Shown in pieces: positions 28,882 through 38,132 of a DNA stretch of 64,000 bases. Position numbers and translations under genes: made by a program. The notes under the pieces were generated by a model. The model did not search any database and was not told the DNA's origin. It was given only the letters and a program-made list of their open reading frames with translations. The stretch covers positions 33,909-97,908 of the forward strand of contig CAYMFM010000002.1 in assembly GCA_964389685.1 (NCBI GenBank), written 5' to 3'. The stretch's first letter is position 1. Each line of letters opens with the position of its first letter. The stretch comes from an uncultured Rikenellaceae bacterium (lineage in GTDB: Bacteria > Bacteroidota > Bacteroidia > Bacteroidales > VadinHA17).

Positions 28882-29520
28882 TCATTCCACGTTGGAATCT
28901 TGCCAATGCTGATTGTGCCTTTTCCAGTTTTTCAACCCAATGACAAAAAAGAAGAAACCGAAAAGAAATGTCACGGTAAGCATCCCAAAATGAACGGAGA
29001 GAAGAATAGCAAAATACCGGAGTTTAGCATTTTTACTCCGGATATTGGCCTGTACGATCTTAAGATCCCGGTCTTTCTGGTTAAAGGACCGGATTCGTTC
29101 CATCAGCTGGTTTGATTTTTCGGTAAAGAGCTGACTCAATGAATCGATCATTCTTTCATCCGCCAAGATTCCTCGGTTGTATAAATCCTGAATGGTATCC
29201 AGCAGGTGGGGCTCATTTGCCGCTCTGTTCATCAGTGCATTGATGGAATCATTCACAGAAGCTGAATGATGGATCAGCTGGTTGATCTCATTGTTGGCCC
29301 GAGTTACATCGGTGTTCAGATCGTTCATCTGTTCTCTGGAAAGTCCGTGTTCCATAGACAGTACTTCTGCTTCTGCTTCTTCTACCTCTTTCTCCCGGAT
29401 CAGATCAATCCGTTTTACCAATAACGATTCAATGCGCATGGGCATATACGAGATGCTGAAAAGAAGAAGAATGAAACCGATGATGGTGTTAAAAGCATGG
29501 ATATTCGATACATTATTCAT
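28882..29520 (-). CDS. hypothetical membrane protein (TM - coiled coil - TM)
   Basis: The ATG at 29520 (MNNVSNIHAF...) is preferred over the TTG at 29541. An N-terminal TM (IIGFILLLFSISY) and a C-terminal TM pair region (YFAILLSVHFGMLTVTFLFGFFFFVIGL) flank a heptad-rich middle. I recognise no family. Confidence 0.5.
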   Translation of the reverse strand: MNNVSNIHAFNTIIGFILLLFSISYMPMRIESLLVKRIDLIREKEVEEAEAEVLSMEHGLSREQMNDLNTDVTRANNEINQLIHHSASVNDSINALMNRAANEPHLLDTIQDLYNRGILADERMIDSLSQLFTEKSNQLMERIRSFNQKDRDLKIVQANIRSKNAKLRYFAILLSVHFGMLTVTFLFGFFFFVIGLKNWKRHNQHWQDSNVE

Positions 29521-29614
29521 AGTATCCGGATTTTTATGCAAGGCGTCTATCGCGGTTCAATTCGGTCAGATACTCTTTTCATGACCCTATGATCATTCGG
29601 CAGGCAGGAGAAAA

Positions 29615-31576
29615 TCACTCCCTGCTAAAATCAAGTGTCATCTTTTTGTTCAAGACGCCTCCGCGCGTTGATGATATACTGATACTACACGTTACATCTC
29701 TTTTCTGGTAAATCCGAACAGTAAAGATAGCCTGACTGGTTTCACCTCCGGGAGTAAATCCGCAATCCACACTTGCAGAGCGTTGATTACGGGAGAACCG
29801 GTCGTAATACAAGTTACGATCTTCACCTGACTCCTCTTCTCCCCTTATTATTTTCAATACCGGTTTTTTCCCCGTTACCATGTCTTTTTCAAATTCAATG
29901 GTGACCTGGTCTTCACGAACGATCTTTACCAGGTGTGCCTGTTTCAAGGCGGTGGGCAATTTCCCGGTATTCTGAAACGAGATGGTGATCTGAAAATCGG
30001 CTGAGTCATTGCCATAGGATTCGGTCTTTTCCAGATTGACATCGCTCCATGCGAGACACGGCAGATGGTTTACCATTTCGAGGTTGAACAATGCCTGGTT
30101 TTTAGCCCAGGGTAAAAGCTCTTTTGCCGGGGGATTCTGGGAGAAGAATTTTGGATGAAATCCTCCGATTTCAGCTTCTCCGTAAACAGGATGTACAAAC
30201 GGTTTCCATTTGGTAAACCCGGTGCCCTCATTTTCTTCATCGTCCCATCTGAGCAGATCCAGCTGGTCGATGTCATCGTCCCCGTCATAATCTTTAAACC
30301 TTCCCCCGTTCCATAATTCATCACCATACCAGATGGCACCGAAATACCAGTATCCAAAATCGGGGCCATGTCCGAAGAGCGGATTCCCATGGCCGTAATC
30401 CTGGTATACATCCCCGGCTCTTTCATAACCGGTAATTCCCTTTCCAATGCTGTCAAAATATTCATACCACGCCAGGTCTTCCACGTACATTCTCTCTTCA
30501 GAGGGGGAAGTTGATGGAGCCCGGAGATGCATTGGCACTCGTGTATCCATTGAATTTACAATATATACATTGGGATGGCTTAACAGGAATGTAACAACCG
30601 ACCGGGTTTCAATCTCACTGAGCGGATATTCACCGGCGCCACGCTGGGTGAAACCGCGTCCGGTAGCCTCGACATGCTGTTCCGGCCTCCAGTTTTCAGG
30701 ATAATTGCGGTGAAGGTCCAATCCGCCGATACCATCTTCATTCACCCGGCCATCCCCGTCATTATCAATCCCCTCAGATTCAGTTAAATAGATCCCTTCT
30801 CCTTCCGGAACCCTCATCATGAGCCTACCGCTTGGATCATCCGGATCTGGCTTCATGTTTCCCCGTTTTTTATCTTTCCAGCGCACGGTGAGTATAACCC
30901 CGTCTCCATCAAGGTCCTCCGGAGAGTCTTCATCGATAAGACCATCCAGGTCATTGTCCGTCGGCTTTACGGTACTGCGGTTGCTTTGTGCTGTGTGCAT
31001 ATAGAGGGTATGTCCGTCGGGATTATTAATGGGACGGGCATAGATCGTTTTTGTGTCCAGCATTTCTGTTATTTCTGCATTGTTGCCATATTGTTCAAGC
31101 AGATACTGGATCATCCACAGAACGGATTCTGCACTGGTTACCTCTCCACTATGACGATTTCCTTCAAAAAAGGCAGCCGGTTTGTCTGTATCTTTTCCTG
31201 ACCGTTTATTGGTAATGGTTACCTGCAGGATGGGTCTTCCTTCAAAGCTTTCAGCGACCGTATAAAGATCAACCAGATCAGGATACTCATCTGCCCATCG
31301 TTTGAGCCAGGTGGCAAATACATCGGCCGAATGAAAGCGGTCAAACGTGAGTTTATCGGATGCCGTATACTCGACCTCGGGATACCTGACCTGAGGGAAA
31401 AAGCTGATACCGTGCCGCTCTCCTTTGACCGTATACCAGAGTGTATCCTGATCGGACTCAGGCCAGCTCTCTTCATGCAAAGGGAGGTAACCCTGGGCCA
31501 ACAAGTTGGTGGTAAACAAAAAGATACTGCAAACTATAGAGAACAGTCCGGCATGGAGCAAGAATTTTTTTTTCAT
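29615..31576 (-). CDS. secreted M14 family zinc carboxypeptidase with Asp-rich insertions
   Basis: 653 aa with a signal peptide (MKKKFLLHAGLFSIVCSIFLFTTNLLAQG). M14 motifs are NRHSGEV (HxxE), NNPDG and HRNYP. There are two DxDxDG-like loops and a C-terminal beta-sandwich-like tail. Confidence 0.85.
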   Translation of the reverse strand: MKKKFLLHAGLFSIVCSIFLFTTNLLAQGYLPLHEESWPESDQDTLWYTVKGERHGISFFPQVRYPEVEYTASDKLTFDRFHSADVFATWLKRWADEYPDLVDLYTVAESFEGRPILQVTITNKRSGKDTDKPAAFFEGNRHSGEVTSAESVLWMIQYLLEQYGNNAEITEMLDTKTIYARPINNPDGHTLYMHTAQSNRSTVKPTDNDLDGLIDEDSPEDLDGDGVILTVRWKDKKRGNMKPDPDDPSGRLMMRVPEGEGIYLTESEGIDNDGDGRVNEDGIGGLDLHRNYPENWRPEQHVEATGRGFTQRGAGEYPLSEIETRSVVTFLLSHPNVYIVNSMDTRVPMHLRAPSTSPSEERMYVEDLAWYEYFDSIGKGITGYERAGDVYQDYGHGNPLFGHGPDFGYWYFGAIWYGDELWNGGRFKDYDGDDDIDQLDLLRWDDEENEGTGFTKWKPFVHPVYGEAEIGGFHPKFFSQNPPAKELLPWAKNQALFNLEMVNHLPCLAWSDVNLEKTESYGNDSADFQITISFQNTGKLPTALKQAHLVKIVREDQVTIEFEKDMVTGKKPVLKIIRGEEESGEDRNLYYDRFSRNQRSASVDCGFTPGGETSQAIFTVRIYQKRDVTCSISISSTRGGVLNKKMTLDFSRE

Positions 31577-31687
31577 GGCAATTATTTTTTCTGCCTGAAA
31601 GTAATCATTTTTGGTGAAGAGTCAGAATGGAAACCAATTAAATTGTATTCAGGTCATTTGATTGCAATTTTTGATTACACGATAAAT

Positions 31688-31704
31688 TAATTTTGGTATT
31701 TTTG
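31688..31704 (+). promoter_or_regulatory. two adjacent -7 boxes (TAATTTTG, TATTTTTG) upstream of the TonB-dependent receptor
   Basis: Both match TAnnTTTG (31688-31695 and 31697-31704), about 40-50 nt upstream of the ATG at 31742. Confidence 0.3.
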
Positions 31705-31741
31705 GAATTCTTTACAACGTCACGCTGTTGATTTGCCTGTC

Positions 31742-34060
31742 ATGAAATATACGATGGTTCTCTTCTGTATGATGTGTTGCATTCCCGGTCTGCATGCGCA
31801 GGACATGGCAACCCTCAGTGGGCATGTAATGGATGCAGGAAGCGGCGAAGAATTAATTGGTGCCACACTGTTTATTTCGGCTACTGGACAGGGCACCGCT
31901 ACAAATCCCTATGGCTTCTATTCCCTTACCCTTCCCTGGGGGAGTTACAAAATAGAGGTAAGCTATGTGGGATATGAGCCACTAAATGTTTCTGTTGACT
32001 TGAAAGAGGATAAAACGATTAATATCGAATTGAATCCGAAGATCAGTTTGTTGGATGAAGTGGTGGTCCACGGGGTTGGGGCGGATGAAAACGTGCGGTC
32101 TACAGAGATGAGCATAGCCAAACTGAATGTAAAAGAGGTGAGGGAGATTCCGGTTATTTTTGGTGAGCAGGATCTTCTGAAAACCATTCAATTGCTGCCG
32201 GGAGTCAGCACTGCCGGAGAAGGGGGAAGCGGTTATTTTGTGCGCGGTGGGGGACCGGGACAGAACCTCATTTTGCTTGATGAAGCACCGGTCTATAATG
32301 CATCGCACCTCCTGGGTTTCTTCTCGGTTTTTAATTCCGATGCCATAAAAGATGTGAAACTGTATAAAGGATGGATGCCCGCTGAATACGGAGGGAGATT
32401 GGCTTCGGTCCTGGATGTGAAAATGAAAGATGGGAACCTGCGAAAACTAGGAATTTCCGGTGGAATTGGATTGATCTCCTCCCGGCTGACCATCGAAGGA
32501 CCCTTTCTAAAAGAGAAAGGATCCCTCATTCTGTCCGGTAGAAGAACCTATGCCGATCTTTTCCTGAGACTATCCTCTGACACACTGGTGAACAAAAATA
32601 TCCTCTATTTCTACGACCTGAACATCAAAGGAAATTATAAGGTGGGAGAAAAGGACCGGATCTACCTATCCGGTTACTTCGGGCGGGATGTATTTGAATA
32701 CAGTGATGTTTTTGGATTTGATTGGGGAAATGGTACGGCCACAGTGCGGTGGAATCATCTGTTCAGCAACAGGCTTTTCCTGAACAGCTCCCTGATCTAT
32801 AGCAACTACAGTTATGATTTTTTCGTGGATGAGGGGGGGATGAAATTTACCATCAGATCGGCGATCCGTGACTGGCACCTGAAAGAGGATTTTCAATATT
32901 TCCTGCACCCCGGAAACACATTAAAATTTGGGCTGAAACTGAACCACCACAACTTTATCCCGGGTGTTGTCGATGCTTCCAAAACATCGGGTGTGAACGA
33001 ATTGAAACTGACCGAGAAATATGCCCTCGAAACAGCCATCTACCTCAACCATGAATTGACTCTCTTTGACCGGCTAACCGTCAGTTACGGACTACGGTTT
33101 TCCATGTTTCACCTCCTTGGACCGGGTAACGTATATCGTTATGATGAAGAGGGATCAGTCTTTGACACCACAGCTTACAACAGTGGTGAACTGATAAGGG
33201 GTTATTACGGTCTCGACCCCAGAGTAACTGCCATGTTCAGAGTGGATGAATTAAGCTCTCTGAAAGCCTCCTTTGTCAGAACCAACCAGTACATCCATTT
33301 ACTTTCCAATACAACCTCCACAACACCCATGGATGCCTGGATCCCCAGCAGTTCGAATGTAAAACCACAGGTTGGAAATCAGCTGGTATTTGGCTATTTC
33401 AGGAATTTTAAGGAGAACAACTATGAAGCATCGGTTGAGGTGTATTATAAATGGATGCAGAACCAGATTGATTACCGCAACGGAGCAGATATTTTTCTCA
33501 ACGAACAGGTTGAATCACAGCTTGTATTCGGCAACGGAAGATCCTATGGGTCTGAATTTTATCTGAAAAAGAAAAGTGGCAAATTGCATGGATGGATCAG
33601 TTATACGCTTTCGAAAACTGACCGCCTGTTTGACGATATTAATGACGGGAAGGCATTTCCGGCAAAACAGGACCGGAGACATGATGTCTCCATTGTCGTC
33701 CTCTATCGTCTTGGTAAACGATGGACCATTTCGGGAACCTGGGTATACTATACAGGAAATGCCGTTACTTTTCCAGCCGGGAAATATGAAATAGAGGGAA
33801 CGACAGTGAACATGTATACAGAACGAAACGGCCACCGGATGCCTGCTTACCATCGGTTGGATTTGGGTATTAGCCTGAAGGGGAAAGAGCGAAAACGATA
33901 TGAATCAAGTGTAGACCTGTCAATCTATAATGTCTATTCAAGGAAAAATGCATATTCCATTCGCTTTGAGGAGGATGAAGACGATCCATCAAAAACCGTG
34001 GCTAAAAAATTCTCACTGTTTCCAATCGTACCGTCCATAACCTATAATTTCAAATTCTGA
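31742..34060 (+). CDS. TonB-dependent receptor with N-terminal CarboxypepD_reg-like domain
   Basis: The ATG at 31742 gives a signal peptide (MKYTMVLFCMMCCIPGLHAQ). It is followed by TLSGHVMDAGSGEELIGATLFI (carboxypeptidase-regulatory-like fold), a plug region, a long beta-barrel and a terminal aromatic residue (NFKF). Confidence 0.85.
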   Translation: MKYTMVLFCMMCCIPGLHAQDMATLSGHVMDAGSGEELIGATLFISATGQGTATNPYGFYSLTLPWGSYKIEVSYVGYEPLNVSVDLKEDKTINIELNPKISLLDEVVVHGVGADENVRSTEMSIAKLNVKEVREIPVIFGEQDLLKTIQLLPGVSTAGEGGSGYFVRGGGPGQNLILLDEAPVYNASHLLGFFSVFNSDAIKDVKLYKGWMPAEYGGRLASVLDVKMKDGNLRKLGISGGIGLISSRLTIEGPFLKEKGSLILSGRRTYADLFLRLSSDTLVNKNILYFYDLNIKGNYKVGEKDRIYLSGYFGRDVFEYSDVFGFDWGNGTATVRWNHLFSNRLFLNSSLIYSNYSYDFFVDEGGMKFTIRSAIRDWHLKEDFQYFLHPGNTLKFGLKLNHHNFIPGVVDASKTSGVNELKLTEKYALETAIYLNHELTLFDRLTVSYGLRFSMFHLLGPGNVYRYDEEGSVFDTTAYNSGELIRGYYGLDPRVTAMFRVDELSSLKASFVRTNQYIHLLSNTTSTTPMDAWIPSSSNVKPQVGNQLVFGYFRNFKENNYEASVEVYYKWMQNQIDYRNGADIFLNEQVESQLVFGNGRSYGSEFYLKKKSGKLHGWISYTLSKTDRLFDDINDGKAFPAKQDRRHDVSIVVLYRLGKRWTISGTWVYYTGNAVTFPAGKYEIEGTTVNMYTERNGHRMPAYHRLDLGISLKGKERKRYESSVDLSIYNVYSRKNAYSIRFEEDEDDPSKTVAKKFSLFPIVPSITYNFKF

Positions 34061-34061
34061 C

Positions 34062-34868
34062 ATGGCACGCAATTATAAAATAGGATTGTTGTTGATTTCG
34101 TTGCTGTTATCGTGTGAGGAGATCATTAAGATCGACCTGGAGGGAACAGATCCCAGGATCGTTATCGAAGGAAGCATATCCGACAGACCGGCTCCCTACA
34201 GGGTGATGTTGACCAAAACCACCGATTATTTCGCCCCTTCGGAATACCCGGCTGTATCGGGAGCAACGGTGGTGGTATCCGATGACCTTGGAACCCGGGA
34301 TACCCTGGTTGAAGTGAGTGAAGGAGTGTATGAAACAACCACCATCATGGGCGATTACGGAAGAACATACAAACTGGACGTTAAGGCGGAAGGGAAGGAG
34401 TATACGGCATCAGCCAGACTACCCAAACGGATTGATATCGACTCAATCGAGCTGGAATACTATCCTGAAACCTACTATTATGAAGAATCCTACTGGCTCC
34501 ATTGTCATTTCACAGATCTCCGGGATACGGTCAATTTTTACCGGGTAAGGGTGTTTAAGAACGACACCCTTGATAAAAACATCTACGTGTTAGATGATAA
34601 ATTCATCGATGGCAATCCGGTCGATATGTTTATATGGGGGGATTCCTATTTGCCGGGCGATACAGCTGTACTTGAGCTGTTTTCCATGGACGATAAGGTG
34701 TATGATTATTTCCTTACCCTGGCAAACCTGCTGTATAGTGGTGGAGACGGTTCCTATTCAACCCCTGCGAATCCCAACACCAACCTCTCGAATGATGCTC
34801 TTGGCTACTTTGGTGCGTTTGCTATTGACAGGGATACCGTAGTTATTCCGGAATTTCCGGACCGGTAA
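34062..34868 (+). CDS. DUF4249-like lipoprotein, partner of the TonB-dependent receptor
   Basis: 268 aa. It starts 1 nt after the receptor stop and has the lipobox LLLSC. This family is recalled as commonly following CarboxypepD_reg-type receptors. Confidence 0.6.
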   Translation: MARNYKIGLLLISLLLSCEEIIKIDLEGTDPRIVIEGSISDRPAPYRVMLTKTTDYFAPSEYPAVSGATVVVSDDLGTRDTLVEVSEGVYETTTIMGDYGRTYKLDVKAEGKEYTASARLPKRIDIDSIELEYYPETYYYEESYWLHCHFTDLRDTVNFYRVRVFKNDTLDKNIYVLDDKFIDGNPVDMFIWGDSYLPGDTAVLELFSMDDKVYDYFLTLANLLYSGGDGSYSTPANPNTNLSNDALGYFGAFAIDRDTVVIPEFPDR

Positions 34869-35006
34869 ATTTCCCGGGCAGGAAAAGATTCTAAAACGAA
34901 AATATCCTGCTGCACAATACTTTCCATTTCTTCCTGATTCCAGAAAAAGATTGTAGGTTTAGCTTTTCGTTGAGAACCTATTGTAAACCATAAATATCAC
35001 AAAAAA

Positions 35007-37508
35007 ATGAGAAAGATTACGTTCGTCCTATTCATGATTGCATGTTTAAGCATGGGTACAATCCTTGGGCAGCATGCTGAAGTTACCAAAGCAAACTATG
35101 CACTCGCCGCCCGGTTTTCCCCGGGAAAAATTAAAAAAATGATCTTTTCTACTGCTGTGGATGCTCACTGGTTGAAACTGTCCGACCGGTTCTGGTATTC
35201 CTTTGAAACACCAAAAGGAAAAACCTTTTATATCGTTGATCCAGTCCGTAAAACCAAAACGGAGATATTTGATAATGTCAAAATGGCTGCAGACCTTACC
35301 CGCTTTACAAAGGATCCGTATGATGCGCTACACCTGCCGATCGAAAAAATCAAATTTATAAAAGATGAGAAGGCCATTCAATTTGAAATAGAAAGCACGC
35401 AGGAGGAGGAAAAAAAGGAGGAAACGGATACAACAAAGACTGAACAGGAAAAAGGCAAAAGCCCCAAAAAGGAAAAACCCGAAAAGAAGAAGTTTTATTT
35501 CCAGTATGATCTCACCAGCCGTGTTGTAACCCTTCTGGAAGATTATGAAAAACCCAAGGATAATCCACGATGGGCTTCCATTTCTCCCGACGGGGAAACG
35601 ATCCTTTTTGCCAAACAGTATAACCTTTACTGGATGGACAGGGAAAACTACCAGAAAGCCCTGGAAGATGAGGAGGATTCCACCATTGTTGAACACCAGC
35701 TTACCAAGGACGGAGAAGAGTATTACAGTTATGGTTATGAGAGAGGGGAAACCAATGTGGATAAAGAAAAAAATAAGGACAAACGAAAGCCGGCGAACGT
35801 TGTCTGGTCACCGGATTCGAAAAAAATTGCCCTTACCCGATCCGATAGCAGGGAAGTAAAAGATCTTTGGGTAATCAATTCTATTGCAGAACCCCGCCCA
35901 ACCCTGGAAACCTACAAATACCATATGCCCGGGGAAGAAGAATCACCCCAGGTCGAATTGCTGGTCATTGATATGGTAACCAAAGAAAAACTGAAGGTGA
36001 AAGCAGAAGCATTCAAAGACCAAACAATATCGATCCTGAGTGCACCAAGACTGGCAAAAAACCGGGATGATGATTACCAGCCGCGTATATGGCTTGCAAA
36101 AACTCCCGACAAGGTTTATTTTACGAGGACAAGCAGGGATTTGAAAAGAATAGATGTCTGTGAAGCAAACAGTTCTACCGAAGAAGTTAAAGTTCTAATT
36201 GAAGAGCGATTAAATACCTATGTCGAGTCCAGACCCTTGGGGTTGGTGAATAATGGAACGGAACTGATCCACTGGTCGGAGCGGGACGGATGGGCCCATT
36301 TCTACCTCTATGACGCTCAGGGGAACATGAAGAAGCAGATTACCAGCGGTCCATTTCATTGTGAAAGGATTATCAGGATCGATGAAGAAAACAGGATCCT
36401 CTACTTCACGGCAAATGCCAGGGAAAATAATGAGGATCCCTATTACCTGCACCTTTACCGGATCAATTTTGACGGTACCGGCCTCAAGCTGTTAAACAAA
36501 GGGAATTTTAACCATACTGTAAGCATGAACGATGCGCATACCTGTTTTGTAAACAACTACTCGCGGGTAAACACGATCCCTCAGTCGGAGCTACGGGATA
36601 ACCTGGGCAACGTGCTGATGGAACTCGAAACAGCAGACCTTTCCCTGCTGTTTGAAGCCGGTTACCAGTTCCCTGAACCCTATAAGGTAAAAGCGGATGA
36701 TGGTATGACCGACCTTTATGGCGTGATGTATAAACCATTTGATTTCGATTCGACAAAAAAATATCCAATCATTGCATATGTGTACCCAGGGCCTCAGACC
36801 GAAGCGGTTAATAAATCTTTTTCTGTCAGCATGGATCGATTGGATCGTCAAGCGCAATTTGGATTTATCGTAATTACTGTTGGAAACCGGGGAGGACACC
36901 CAAGCCGGTCGAAATGGTACCACAATTACGGGTACGGGAACCTCCGTGACTACGGATTGGCCGATAAAAAAGCAGCCATAGAACAACTGGCTGACAGGTA
37001 TTCGTGTATCAATCTTGATAAAGTGGGCATATTTGGTCATTCCGGAGGAGGATTTATGTCAACTGCAGCCATGCTTGTATATCCCGATTTTTTCAAGGTT
37101 GCTGTTTCATCTTCAGGCAATCATGAAAACAACATCTATAACCGGTGGTGGAGTGAAAAACACCATGGTGTAAAGGAAGTCGTTGATAAAGATGGCAATA
37201 TTACATTTGAATACGAGATTGATAAAAATTCGGAGATTGCTGAAAACCTGAAAGGTCGACTGTTAATCTGTACCGGCGATATTGATAACAACGTCCATCC
37301 TGCAAATACTATTCGTTTGGCAAACGCACTGATTAAAGCCAATAAACGGTTTGATCTTTTCATATTCCCGGGTCAACGACATGGATACGGTGATATGAAT
37401 GAGTATTTTTTCTGGCTTCGCGGAGATTATTTCTGCAAACACCTTATCGGCGATTATGCAGATCAGGTGGATATCATTGAAATAAACCGGGAGAAGGAGA
37501 TGGAGTAA
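35007..37508 (+). CDS. S9 family serine peptidase (dipeptidyl-peptidase IV-like)
   Basis: 833 aa with a signal peptide and an N-terminal beta-propeller region. The C-terminal alpha/beta hydrolase has the nucleophile elbow GHSGGG plus downstream Asp (GDIDNNV) and His (GQRHGY). A Lys/Glu-rich low-complexity insert lies at aa ~130-165. Confidence 0.88.
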   Translation: MRKITFVLFMIACLSMGTILGQHAEVTKANYALAARFSPGKIKKMIFSTAVDAHWLKLSDRFWYSFETPKGKTFYIVDPVRKTKTEIFDNVKMAADLTRFTKDPYDALHLPIEKIKFIKDEKAIQFEIESTQEEEKKEETDTTKTEQEKGKSPKKEKPEKKKFYFQYDLTSRVVTLLEDYEKPKDNPRWASISPDGETILFAKQYNLYWMDRENYQKALEDEEDSTIVEHQLTKDGEEYYSYGYERGETNVDKEKNKDKRKPANVVWSPDSKKIALTRSDSREVKDLWVINSIAEPRPTLETYKYHMPGEEESPQVELLVIDMVTKEKLKVKAEAFKDQTISILSAPRLAKNRDDDYQPRIWLAKTPDKVYFTRTSRDLKRIDVCEANSSTEEVKVLIEERLNTYVESRPLGLVNNGTELIHWSERDGWAHFYLYDAQGNMKKQITSGPFHCERIIRIDEENRILYFTANARENNEDPYYLHLYRINFDGTGLKLLNKGNFNHTVSMNDAHTCFVNNYSRVNTIPQSELRDNLGNVLMELETADLSLLFEAGYQFPEPYKVKADDGMTDLYGVMYKPFDFDSTKKYPIIAYVYPGPQTEAVNKSFSVSMDRLDRQAQFGFIVITVGNRGGHPSRSKWYHNYGYGNLRDYGLADKKAAIEQLADRYSCINLDKVGIFGHSGGGFMSTAAMLVYPDFFKVAVSSSGNHENNIYNRWWSEKHHGVKEVVDKDGNITFEYEIDKNSEIAENLKGRLLICTGDIDNNVHPANTIRLANALIKANKRFDLFIFPGQRHGYGDMNEYFFWLRGDYFCKHLIGDYADQVDIIEINREKEME

Positions 37509-37516
37509 GTGAGACG

Positions 37517-37539
37517 CAACATTCGTTTTCTGAATGTTG
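37517..37539. terminator. hairpin filling the gap between convergent S9 peptidase and flavin-reductase-like genes
   Basis: CAACATTC-gttttct-GAATGTTG (8-bp stem) lies exactly between the two stop codons (37508 and 37540). It is AT-rich with no long U-tract. Confidence 0.35.
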
Positions 37540-38067
37540 TTAGCGGAACTGATCCGTCCCACGGATAAGCACAATTTCACCAAAATAGATCCGGTGATAG
37601 TCTTTCAGGGGATAATTCCTGTGGATGGATTGATCAAGGAATCGTTCCGGTTTGAAGTCGTCCCAGTAGATCTTTTTACACTCTACAATCAATAATGCTT
37701 CCAGGAATGTTGGAGCTTCAACCTTGCTGGAGGGGACAACCGTTAGTTCTGTTTCAGCCAGTTTGTCTCCGTCACGACCGGATGTGGAGCCAAGAAGATT
37801 CAGATCCTCTTTGTATTTCTTGTCGAATGCTGAGAGTGTAAAGGTTTCATAGCGGTTCATGAATTCAAACGTATAGCGGGTTGGCCTGACAACAACCACT
37901 GCAACCGGTTTATTCCACATGATGCCAAAATAACCCCAGCCAACGGTCATCGTATTGTAATGATTGGCGGCATAGTCTCCGCTGGTTAGCAGGAACCACT
38001 GCTGATCCCAGAGATGGTGGATTCGTGGCATGAACTCATAAACGGGTATTTCTTTACGGTCTTTCAT
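37540..38067 (-). CDS. flavin reductase-like (split-barrel FMN-binding) domain protein
   Basis: 175 aa. The pattern WFLLTSGD....NTMTVGWGYFG..W.KPVAVVVVRPTRYT resembles the flavin reductase/flavoredoxin family (recalled). Confidence 0.6.
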   Translation of the reverse strand: MKDRKEIPVYEFMPRIHHLWDQQWFLLTSGDYAANHYNTMTVGWGYFGIMWNKPVAVVVVRPTRYTFEFMNRYETFTLSAFDKKYKEDLNLLGSTSGRDGDKLAETELTVVPSSKVEAPTFLEALLIVECKKIYWDDFKPERFLDQSIHRNYPLKDYHRIYFGEIVLIRGTDQFR

Positions 38068-38132
38068 AATGGCATAGTACTATTGAATAGAATGATATTG
38101 TTGGGTGCCTTGTGAATGGAATTTCCATTTTT

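Noticed and set aside
37540-38067. Whether the gene downstream of the caspase fusion could be a gasdermin-like or other pore-forming substrate, as in caspase-gasdermin defence operons
   Set aside because: The 175-aa product matches a flavin-reductase-like split-barrel pattern and is too short and dissimilar for a gasdermin. The caspase protein also carries a secretion signal, which is inconsistent with that cytoplasmic system.
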